In this document: piece after piece, positions 28,298 to 36,573 of the stretch | Layout: every line of letters begins with the position of its first letter | How positions within the stretch are numbered: the first letter of the stretch is position 1 | Assembly: GCA_016874735.1 (NCBI GenBank) | Contig: VGTI01000002.1 | Coordinates: 9,501-73,500, forward strand | Direction: 5' to 3' | Length of the DNA: 64,000 nucleotides | Source of the DNA: Deltaproteobacteria bacterium | GTDB taxonomy: Bacteria; Bdellovibrionota_B; Oligoflexia; Oligoflexales; CAIYRB01 | The notes under the pieces: model-generated | The model's input: only the letters and a program-made list of their open reading frames with translations | Database searches by the model: none | What the model was told of the DNA's origin: nothing | Translations under genes and position numbers: made by a program

Positions 28298-29209
28298 ATG
28301 TCACAGGCATTCACAGCTAAGGGTCTATTTGATGCGCTCGTGCAAGCTGGTCATATTATTCCAGTTGGCGTCAAGGGAGTGTTTGGACGCGGACCTGTGT
28401 TCGAAGATGTACTCGACCGGTTCGAACGCCTGGTCAGCAGGATCGCTGCTCCAGATCGCGCACGCAAGATGCATTTTCCACCGTGCATCGATCGGCAGGT
28501 CTTAGAGAAAAGTTTGTTTCTAGAATCATTCCCTCACCTAGGCGGAACGGTATTCAGCTTCACTGGCGACGATGCCGGGCATCGAGAGTTAAACTCCAGG
28601 ATAGCACAAGGAAAACCATGGTCTGATCTCCAGACTATGACGGACGTTTGCCTTACACCGGCAGCCTGTTATCCCGTCTATCCCACCTACACTGGAACGC
28701 TACCGAAAGACGGGGCGCTGGTGGATTTGGTGGGATGGGCTTTTAGACATGAGCCATCAGACGAGCCCACTCGGATGATGGCATTTCGTGTGCGTGAATT
28801 TATCCGTCTTGGCCCTAGTGATGTCGTTGTGCCTTGGCGCGATCTCTGGCTGCAACGCGGGCTAGAATTACTGCTTTCACTGGGGTTACCTGCCAAGGCA
28901 GAGGTCGCTGCTGATCCTTTTTTTGGTCGCGGAGGACGCATGCTCGCGGCCAATCAGAAGGAACAAAAGCTTAAATTTGAAGTCGTAGTCCCCGTCATTT
29001 CTCAGGAAAAGCCCACTGCCGTATGTTCGTTTAATTACCATCAGGACAAATTTGGCAGCACCTTCGGTATCAAGACTGTCGACGGTCAAATCGCTGAGAC
29101 TGCATGCCTTGGGTTTGGACTAGAGCGCGTAGTGATGGCCCTATTTAGGACTCATGGCATGAGTCCTGGCGCCTGGCCGAAATCTGTGCGCGAGGTTCTC
29201 TGGACATGA
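28298..29209 (+). CDS. amino acid:[carrier-protein] ligase, a truncated class-II (SerRS-like) aminoacyl-tRNA-synthetase homologue
   Basis: Class-II motif 2 WAFRHEPSDEPTRMMAFRVREF and motif 3 GFGLERVVMALF are present. There are Cys/Glu/Cys candidates for a Zn site (AACYP, RHE, TACLGFG). At about 303 aa it has no N-terminal tRNA-binding arm. ATG 28298 lies 7 nt after AGGAGA. Confidence 0.75.
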   Translation: MSQAFTAKGLFDALVQAGHIIPVGVKGVFGRGPVFEDVLDRFERLVSRIAAPDRARKMHFPPCIDRQVLEKSLFLESFPHLGGTVFSFTGDDAGHRELNSRIAQGKPWSDLQTMTDVCLTPAACYPVYPTYTGTLPKDGALVDLVGWAFRHEPSDEPTRMMAFRVREFIRLGPSDVVVPWRDLWLQRGLELLLSLGLPAKAEVAADPFFGRGGRMLAANQKEQKLKFEVVVPVISQEKPTAVCSFNYHQDKFGSTFGIKTVDGQIAETACLGFGLERVVMALFRTHGMSPGAWPKSVREVLWT

Positions 29210-30189
29210 AAATTTCCTGCATTGGTCCTATCGACGCGACTACCTATCAGCAACATTCTTTGCATCGGAGCGAGAAATCCTGGCCCGAAACAAACTGCTA
29301 CATCGATGTATGGATCGAGATTATTCACGCCCTGAATTTAGATCCGACGGCGATGCTTCCCATGGTATTTGCGATCGACTTCGAGGGCGATCAATGGACT
29401 TTCTATAAACCACCTCACGAAGATCTTCATCAGCTGTATGGTATCGACATACAGGAACTCAATGTCTGGAATTCATTGTTGGATCATTGTATTGGGCAAA
29501 TACAGCGTCGCCGTCTCGTCCTCATTGAAACCGATGCCTACTTCTTACCTGACACCGCCGGCACCGATTACCGTACCAAACACACAAAGACCACGATAGG
29601 CATCCAGTCTATCGACTTAGTTGGCAAGGTCATGGGTTACTTTCACAATGCTTCCTACTACGAACTCCGCGATGAAGATTTCGTCAAGACATTTCGCCTA
29701 GATCAACCGAATGATTCAAACCATATGCCATTTCTCGCCGAGTTTGCCCGAATTGACAGGCTCTCTGGACTGACCTCAAAGGAACTAGCCGCCTGCTCTC
29801 GCCAGCTTCTATGTAAACATTACGCCCGTCGTCCGCTGGCAAATCCGCTAGTAGCATTTGCAACTCGTTACGAGAGTGATGTGCAATGGTTGAAAGCAGC
29901 CGGTTTGGCAACTTTTCATAGCTATGCTTTCGCCACTCTGAGACAAATAGGTTCCGCGTTCGAACTCGGAGGATACTATCTCCGGTGGCTAGGCGCACAA
30001 GGTCAGCTCAATTGCGGTAACATGCCAGAGCAATGTGAGGCCCTATCACAAGCAGCTAAATCACTCATGCTGAAATCAGCACGCGCTGTCAATACAGGCA
30101 AATCTTCTGATTTTAGTGGTCTGCTTGGTGACATGGCGGCCTCTTGGGACGCGATCATGTGCACTTTAGGTCACGAGCTCAATGCATGA
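29206..30189 (+). CDS. DUF1839/BtrH-N-like protein, candidate carrier-protein-dependent transferase
   Basis: 327-aa soluble ORF coupled on both sides by ATGA overlaps. The N-terminal SWPETNCYIDVW contains a candidate nucleophilic Cys. The family call is from memory and is weak. Confidence 0.45.
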   Translation: MKISCIGPIDATTYQQHSLHRSEKSWPETNCYIDVWIEIIHALNLDPTAMLPMVFAIDFEGDQWTFYKPPHEDLHQLYGIDIQELNVWNSLLDHCIGQIQRRRLVLIETDAYFLPDTAGTDYRTKHTKTTIGIQSIDLVGKVMGYFHNASYYELRDEDFVKTFRLDQPNDSNHMPFLAEFARIDRLSGLTSKELAACSRQLLCKHYARRPLANPLVAFATRYESDVQWLKAAGLATFHSYAFATLRQIGSAFELGGYYLRWLGAQGQLNCGNMPEQCEALSQAAKSLMLKSARAVNTGKSSDFSGLLGDMAASWDAIMCTLGHELNA

Positions 30190-32711
30190 CGGTAACTACA
30201 CCTAATGATTTTGACTTTGTGCAACATCTAAACGATGGGTGGGAATACACATGGGTAACGCCTAGTGTCGTCACGAATCCCAACCAATTACTAGAATTGT
30301 CACCCGTGTGGCACAAAGCTATTGTGCCCGGCACTGTCGCGGGATCCGAGAGAGCTAGCGGGATTTTCAATTATGGTGCGACACGGTATGATGAGCATGA
30401 ATATTGGTACCGTTGCCGCGTAAGACTCCCTGAGGGCGATCGCGTCCAATTTAACTTCGCCGGCCTCGCTACCATCGCTGAAGTCTTTTGGAACGACACT
30501 GTCATCTTAGCCTCCGACAACATGTTTCTGCCGCAGACCGTCGATGCAACACCGTTGGTCAAAGATGGCACTCTCTATATCCGATTCCGTGCTGTCGATG
30601 AAGCTTTGGAGCGGAAGCTACCACGTCCCAAATGGCGCACACGCCTTGTCGAAAACCAGCAATTGAGGTGGATTCGCAGGACCCTCCTAGGCCGAATCCC
30701 AGGATGGTCACCACCCACACCGCCTACCGGACCATGGCGTGGCATTTCGATTACAGCAAATATGTCCGTAGCCCACGAAATCATCGAGGCAAAGCAATTT
30801 TTCAATCCAAGTCAGGGCCATATAGTTTTGACAATCAGACTGCAGTTATTGCTACTTCGTCAAGGACGTTTGGATCAAGCGTACCTCGCCATTGATGATA
30901 GATCCTATGCTATGACCGTTTCGGATCTCAAAGATCATAGCTATGAATTATCTTGCTCCATTGTCATCCAGTCACAGGATTTCTGGTGGCCGCACACGCA
31001 CGGTGAGCCCAAATTATTTCAGCTCCGTGTGACTTATAACTATAACGGCAATCCACGCGCGCTGGACATTGGCACGACCGGATTTCGCCATTTGGAAGTC
31101 GATCAACGCGAGGGTAACTTTCGCGTTATATTAAACGGCGAACCAATCTACTGCCGCGGTGCTTGTTGGACTCCGATTGATCCGATCAACTACGCAAGTG
31201 ATAAAAAAACCATGCAAATCATGCTCGGAGCCGCCAAAGATGCGGGCATGAATATGCTCCGATTGGTTGGATCAATGGTGTACGAGACTCCTGACTTTTA
31301 TCAGGAGTGCGATCGCTTAGGCATACTCATCTGGCAAGATTTCATGTTTTCAAATTTAGATTATCCATTCCAGGACGATACCTTTCGCAGTAGCGCTGCG
31401 AGTGAGGTCACAACTTTTCTAAATATGACCACTCTTAGCCCTTGCATTACTATCCTCTGCGGCAACAGTGATATCGAGCAGCAAACAGCGATGCTAGGCC
31501 TGCCACGCGCTATGTGGCGCCCCTCCTTCTTTGCCCGTGAGCTACCCGCTCTGGTAAAAACCATTAGACCCGATGCAATCTATGTCCCGTCGAGTCCGTC
31601 CGGTGGCGATTTGCCTTTTGAGACCGACCAATCCATCTCTCATTACTACGGAGTCGGAGCTTATCTACGTCCTCTCATGGATGCACGACTAGCCTCGGTT
31701 AAGTTTGCAGCTGAATGCCTCGGCTTTGCCAACGTCCCGGATGCTACGACCATCGATTCGTGGCTTAAGCACGGTGAGACTCCCCCAACTCATCCTAGGT
31801 GGAAGGAAAGAGTACCTCGTGATAGTGGCGCCAGCTGGGACTTTGATGATGTCCGAGACCATTATTTAAAGCTGCTGTTCGGTGTTGACCCGCTACATCT
31901 ACGCTACGCAAATCTAGATCGGTACCTATTCCTGAGTCGTATCACTTCGGGCGAGGTCATGCTCCGAACGATTCAGGAATGGCGCCGCGTGGGATCTAGT
32001 TGCTCGGGATCTATTGTTTGGTGGCTAAAGGACCTTTGGCCCGGTCCTGGCTGGGGAGTCATTGACGCCAACTGCAGACCCAAAGCCGCCTATCACTTCC
32101 TGCGGCGAGCCATGGCGCCAATCACCATATTTTTCATTGACGAAGGCCTAAACGGACTAGATCTTCACGTCATTAACGAATCACCAGAGCAAGTCACCGG
32201 CGAACTCGCAATCGAATTTCTCAATGCAGACAGTGTCAGTGTAGGCCGTTATACCTCTAATCTAACCTGCGAGGGACGCTCTAGCCTCAAGCTTCGCGGT
32301 GCTGCGATAACTGACCACTTCAATGATGCGAGCTATGCATACCGTTTCGGCCCCCCGGCCCATAACGTCGTAAGGGCCACCTGGAAGGAATCTACCTCCC
32401 AACATTTGATAGCGGAATGCTTTCATTTTCCGGCAGGCTACGATTTACCAAAAGCGTCTCATTTAGACCTTACGTACACCCTACAAAAAGTCGATGACCG
32501 TCATTGGCACATGCACCTAATGGCGCAAAGTTTTATCCAGTATCTGCATCTAGAATTACCTCATTGTAAAGTGTCCGATAACGACTTTCATCTCTACCCG
32601 AACTCACCCCGAGTCATTCAACTGGAATTGGATCAAGATCAATCTGCGGTGGAAGGTCAAATCTCGTCATTGAACGCAACACATTCATTGACTATCCGCC
32701 CTAATAGCTAA
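30186..32711 (+). CDS. GH2-family glycoside hydrolase (beta-mannosidase/exo-glucosaminidase-like), no signal peptide
   Basis: WWPHTHGEPKLF, NMLRLVGSMVYETPDFYQECDRLGILIWQDFMF and FAAECLGFANVP follow the GH2 beta-mannosidase blocks. The start is at the ATGA overlap 30186-30189. Confidence 0.75.
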   Translation: MTVTTPNDFDFVQHLNDGWEYTWVTPSVVTNPNQLLELSPVWHKAIVPGTVAGSERASGIFNYGATRYDEHEYWYRCRVRLPEGDRVQFNFAGLATIAEVFWNDTVILASDNMFLPQTVDATPLVKDGTLYIRFRAVDEALERKLPRPKWRTRLVENQQLRWIRRTLLGRIPGWSPPTPPTGPWRGISITANMSVAHEIIEAKQFFNPSQGHIVLTIRLQLLLLRQGRLDQAYLAIDDRSYAMTVSDLKDHSYELSCSIVIQSQDFWWPHTHGEPKLFQLRVTYNYNGNPRALDIGTTGFRHLEVDQREGNFRVILNGEPIYCRGACWTPIDPINYASDKKTMQIMLGAAKDAGMNMLRLVGSMVYETPDFYQECDRLGILIWQDFMFSNLDYPFQDDTFRSSAASEVTTFLNMTTLSPCITILCGNSDIEQQTAMLGLPRAMWRPSFFARELPALVKTIRPDAIYVPSSPSGGDLPFETDQSISHYYGVGAYLRPLMDARLASVKFAAECLGFANVPDATTIDSWLKHGETPPTHPRWKERVPRDSGASWDFDDVRDHYLKLLFGVDPLHLRYANLDRYLFLSRITSGEVMLRTIQEWRRVGSSCSGSIVWWLKDLWPGPGWGVIDANCRPKAAYHFLRRAMAPITIFFIDEGLNGLDLHVINESPEQVTGELAIEFLNADSVSVGRYTSNLTCEGRSSLKLRGAAITDHFNDASYAYRFGPPAHNVVRATWKESTSQHLIAECFHFPAGYDLPKASHLDLTYTLQKVDDRHWHMHLMAQSFIQYLHLELPHCKVSDNDFHLYPNSPRVIQLELDQDQSAVEGQISSLNATHSLTIRPNS

Positions 32712-32718
32712 GAGACCC

Positions 32719-34545
32719 ATGCACTCATCAACGATCATCAATGAACGTGATCCGTCGAAAAACCAATACGCGGCCGACTTTGAGCGCGCCTTCGGTCGTC
32801 CAACCTGGTTTGGGCCCAGTGATAGTCCACTTTTTGGCTGGCATCACATGGCAAGTGAGCCTCAAAGATCTGTGGCGGCAGTTATCTGCGCTCCCTTTGG
32901 CCACGAGTATATGGTCGTGCACAGATCGTTGAGAAAACTGGGCGCACTGATGGCATCTCATGGATTTCACACACTGCGGTTTGACTATCACGGCACCGGG
33001 GATTCAACTGGCCTTGCTAGCGACCCAGGACGACTGGAAGCCTGGATCCAGAGTACCTGCCATGCAGTTACCGAGGTTCGTCGGGCATCACGTTGCGACC
33101 AGGTGATGCTCATAGGGCTGCGCTTAGGAGCAACGATTGCGGCACTGGCGTCTAAACGCTGTCGGGTTGACGGCCTAATCATGCTAAGCCCAGTGATCAA
33201 CGGTCGTAAATATACACGAGAGCTAGTTGCCTTTGCCGGCATGAAGAATGTAGCGACTGATAACAGCGGTCACACCGTAATTTCGGAGGTAGTCGGTTAC
33301 CCCCTAACGGATGAAACTAAACATGAACTGTCAAAGATTGACTTGTCTTATCCCGGATCGTGTCGCGTTAATCAATGTCTACTTGTATCGCGAGCGGATC
33401 TTCCAAGCTCTGAGAATAAACTAGCCGCTTCACTCACTGCAGACGGAGTTACCACTAAAACTATCGAGGATTCCGGATTCGCATCACTGCTCACAGATGA
33501 CGCCTACGATGCCCAGGTGCCAGAAGAACTCTGGACAAAGGTGGCATCGTGGGCGTGCGGAACCTACCCAGATTTTCAGACAGCCCTTCCTATAACCCCG
33601 ACCGCCATGACGAGCAAAGTGACATTTGTTTCTCAAGGTCAGGAGATCTCTGAGCGCGTCTTTGTGCTCCATGGAGTGACGGCGATCTTAACCACCGCTA
33701 TCACCGAACCTGATCACAATTTGCCTACCATTTTGATTTCGAACACTGGTGCCAACCATCGCGTGGGCAATCATCGTCTCTGCGTTACTATGGCAAGGAC
33801 TTGGTGTGCTCTAGGATTTCGCGTGATTCGTTACGATCGTCCCGGCACAGGAGACAGTCTTAATCCACCTGGTAGCAGCGAAAACGATATCTATGCCACA
33901 AGTGGTGTCGGAGCACTAGTCAGCCTCATGAACTTCTGTGAACAAGATCATGGCGCCCCTAGTTTCATACTCGCAGGCTTATGCTCCGGGGCATACTTTT
34001 CTTATCAAACAGCTCTTTTAGACCGGCGCGCTCAAGGGCTACTGATGATCAATCCTCTAACTTATCATTGGCGAGAGGGAGACTCTGTCGCTAGACCCGA
34101 GCGTCGATCGACTTATAAATCAACGAGATTTTATCTTGCCGCAGCCACTAGACCCTCTACGTGGCGGCGACTTTTGCGACGAGAGATTGATTTTGGCGGC
34201 ATTGCTTCAACCTTAGGTAGTCGAGTTCTCCAACGCGCGACGCATCAGTGGCGTGCTAGCCTCGCCTGGGCTTTAAGACATGAACCGTCGGTATCGCCTA
34301 TCGGCCAGAGCTTTCTTGATCTCGAAGGAAGAGGTGTAACCATCTTCATGATCTTTGACGCAGCTGAAGGTGGCATCGATTTGATGGAAGAACACATGCA
34401 CAAGAATGCTGGTCTGATGCGCCAGAGGCCCCTATTCCGCCTTGAAATCATTCCAGGGGCTGATCACACTTTTACACCACTATGGTCTCAATCTCACCTG
34501 GTAACCATGATCGCAGATCACCTGCACCATCGCTTTGGCAGATAA
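32719..34545 (+). CDS. fusion of two atypical alpha/beta-hydrolase domains
   Basis: The two halves each have an HGTGDS/RPGTGDS loop and a nucleophile elbow. The elbows read IGLRLGA (Arg, codon 33121-33123) and AGLCSGA (Cys, codon 33982-33984) instead of GxSxG. Confidence 0.65.
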   Translation: MHSSTIINERDPSKNQYAADFERAFGRPTWFGPSDSPLFGWHHMASEPQRSVAAVICAPFGHEYMVVHRSLRKLGALMASHGFHTLRFDYHGTGDSTGLASDPGRLEAWIQSTCHAVTEVRRASRCDQVMLIGLRLGATIAALASKRCRVDGLIMLSPVINGRKYTRELVAFAGMKNVATDNSGHTVISEVVGYPLTDETKHELSKIDLSYPGSCRVNQCLLVSRADLPSSENKLAASLTADGVTTKTIEDSGFASLLTDDAYDAQVPEELWTKVASWACGTYPDFQTALPITPTAMTSKVTFVSQGQEISERVFVLHGVTAILTTAITEPDHNLPTILISNTGANHRVGNHRLCVTMARTWCALGFRVIRYDRPGTGDSLNPPGSSENDIYATSGVGALVSLMNFCEQDHGAPSFILAGLCSGAYFSYQTALLDRRAQGLLMINPLTYHWREGDSVARPERRSTYKSTRFYLAAATRPSTWRRLLRREIDFGGIASTLGSRVLQRATHQWRASLAWALRHEPSVSPIGQSFLDLEGRGVTIFMIFDAAEGGIDLMEEHMHKNAGLMRQRPLFRLEIIPGADHTFTPLWSQSHLVTMIADHLHHRFGR

Positions 34546-34549
34546 ATCT

Positions 34550-34957
34550 ATGAACATCACCTACAAATCAAATAGCTCGATAGACTTGTCAGAAGTCATA
34601 GCTCTCTACAAGGCCTCGACCCTGGGACTGCGACGACCTGTTGATGATCGACAGTGCATGCAACAGATGATGCGTCACGCAAATTTAATCGTCTCAGCCT
34701 GGGACGGGACTAAACTTGTCGGCCTTGCCCGAAGTCTCAGTGATTTTGCTTTTTGCACCTATCTCTCAGATCTAGCTGTTGACGTGGCTTACCAACATAA
34801 AGGCATCGGCAAAGAACTCATCCGTCAGACACAAAGCCTAGGTGGCAAGGCTACAATCTACCTATTCTCAGCACCGGCAGCAGTCGCGTATTACCCGAAG
34901 ATTGGATTTAATCGAGGTGACGGATTTATTCTGCGTGCTGACGAGACGATACCATGA
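34550..34957 (+). CDS. GNAT-family N-acetyltransferase
   Basis: The acetyl-CoA motif A is present (LAVDVAYQHKGIGKELI). About 135 aa. ATG 34550 is preferred over TTG 34535. Confidence 0.75.
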   Translation: MNITYKSNSSIDLSEVIALYKASTLGLRRPVDDRQCMQQMMRHANLIVSAWDGTKLVGLARSLSDFAFCTYLSDLAVDVAYQHKGIGKELIRQTQSLGGKATIYLFSAPAAVAYYPKIGFNRGDGFILRADETIP

Positions 34958-36573
34958 ACAAGTATCGTACTTGGTGGCGCGTACTCGGGAAGCGTAGCTT
35001 GCAGCTTGCCTCTTTGTGGAGCCTTGCTAGCGGTACGGGTCTCTGTCGCACTTTTGACATCCAACTTGGGTTGCCTGAAAAATTCGATCATGCCATCAGT
35101 CCCCTTATTTACGGACTCGGAACCTACATGGGTGAAGCCCATACTGCTAGCAGTATCTGGTCACTACGGCCCACCTACCTGCGCTTCGGCGGCAATATGG
35201 CCGAAGTGTTCAATTGGCAACTGGATACTTGGAACACCGGATCCGACTGGTACTTCACAAATTTTAAGGCAGAGAAACCTGGTCTGCTCGCGCGCTTTAT
35301 GAGCGAAAATCAGTTGCATGGGGTAGCCTCAGCTGTGGTGATACCTACGATGGGGTGGGTAGCCAAGGATGCACACTCGGGAAGCTTCCCCGAGACTGTC
35401 TATGGCAAGCAGGTCGATAGTCGTAACGGCTTTGGAAACGGTATCAGGGCGAATAACGGCGAGAAGATTATCGCCGATCCAAACCGTGCTCTCACGCCCG
35501 TAACATCGTCATGGACGACAAATCTCGTAAGCTTCCTCAAGACTCGATTTGGGAATCTCCCGCACCGTTACATTATCGGTAACGAACCCATGCTGTGGCA
35601 CGAAACTCATCGTGACGCTCATCCGACACCCGCTACTTACGATGAGGTGCTGACAAAGTTTTTGGCAACTGCGACCGCAGTAAGAAAATCTGATCCAGCC
35701 GCAGTCATCATCGGTCCCGCGCTTTGGGGCTTTCTCGCAATACAACAATCCGCATTCGACGAACGCGGATCATGGAGCCAGTTCCGTAAATTCACAGATC
35801 GTGACAGGCACGGTGGGAAGCCTTTTCTTGAATGGTTTTTAGCAGCTGTGAAACGTGAAGAGCAAAGTAGTGGGATGAAGCTACTGGATGTAGTCGACGT
35901 CCATTTCTACCCAGCCAACGAAGAGATAAGGCAACAACCCTCAACCAATGAGGCGATTCGTAAAAAGAGGATACGCTCGGTACGGTCGCTTTGGGATCGA
36001 AGCTACCAGGATGAATCTTGGATTAATGACAAAATCTACTTCATACCCCGACTAAAGGAGCTCATCGACCATATTAGCCCTGGCTTGAAACTTGCGATCG
36101 GTGAATATAATTTTGGCGCCGAAGACGATATAAGCGGTGCAATTGCCTTGGCCGAGACTCTAGGAGTCTTCGCTCGCGAAGGCCTTTGGGCTGCCAACTA
36201 CTGGACTATTCCCAAAGAAAATTCCCCCGCCTACTTCGCATTCAAAATATTTCGCAACTACGACGGACTTGGTGCATCCTTTGCCCCTATTTACGTCGCA
36301 AAATCCAGCTTGATAAATGATGAAGTTGCAGTATTCACAGCATTTGATCCAGACCGCCGGCTCTATACTTTGGCGGTGCTGAACAAGTCGTTGACGGACG
36401 ATTGCCAAATCCGCCTCGTCACCACCTCTAAAAAGTCATCGCCAACAATTCGCCACTTCTCCTATACAGAACAGTACCCGCAAGGGATCCGCGAGAATAG
36501 CGTTGCGACAGCTAAGTCCGGACTTATCACAGTCCCCAAACTTAGCGTTAACATGATCGAAATGCGGCTCTAA
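34954..36573 (+). CDS. secreted GH44-like glycoside hydrolase
   Basis: Signal-like N-terminus. LRFGGNMAEVFNWQLDTWNTGSDWYF, IIGNEPMLWHETHRDAHP and AIGEYNFGAEDDISG resemble the GH44 blocks that carry the acid/base and nucleophile Glu. ATGA overlap with the GNAT gene. Confidence 0.65.
   Translation: MNKYRTWWRVLGKRSLQLASLWSLASGTGLCRTFDIQLGLPEKFDHAISPLIYGLGTYMGEAHTASSIWSLRPTYLRFGGNMAEVFNWQLDTWNTGSDWYFTNFKAEKPGLLARFMSENQLHGVASAVVIPTMGWVAKDAHSGSFPETVYGKQVDSRNGFGNGIRANNGEKIIADPNRALTPVTSSWTTNLVSFLKTRFGNLPHRYIIGNEPMLWHETHRDAHPTPATYDEVLTKFLATATAVRKSDPAAVIIGPALWGFLAIQQSAFDERGSWSQFRKFTDRDRHGGKPFLEWFLAAVKREEQSSGMKLLDVVDVHFYPANEEIRQQPSTNEAIRKKRIRSVRSLWDRSYQDESWINDKIYFIPRLKELIDHISPGLKLAIGEYNFGAEDDISGAIALAETLGVFAREGLWAANYWTIPKENSPAYFAFKIFRNYDGLGASFAPIYVAKSSLINDEVAVFTAFDPDRRLYTLAVLNKSLTDDCQIRLVTTSKKSSPTIRHFSYTEQYPQGIRENSVATAKSGLITVPKLSVNMIEMRL

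Noticed and set aside
36570-36573. Convergent GH44 and flippase genes share overlapping stop codons (similarly 4149/4151 for the M28 and LolA-like genes)
   Set aside because: The observation is real, but it is only a consequence of tight packing. No terminator or regulatory structure can be supported in 0-4 nt.
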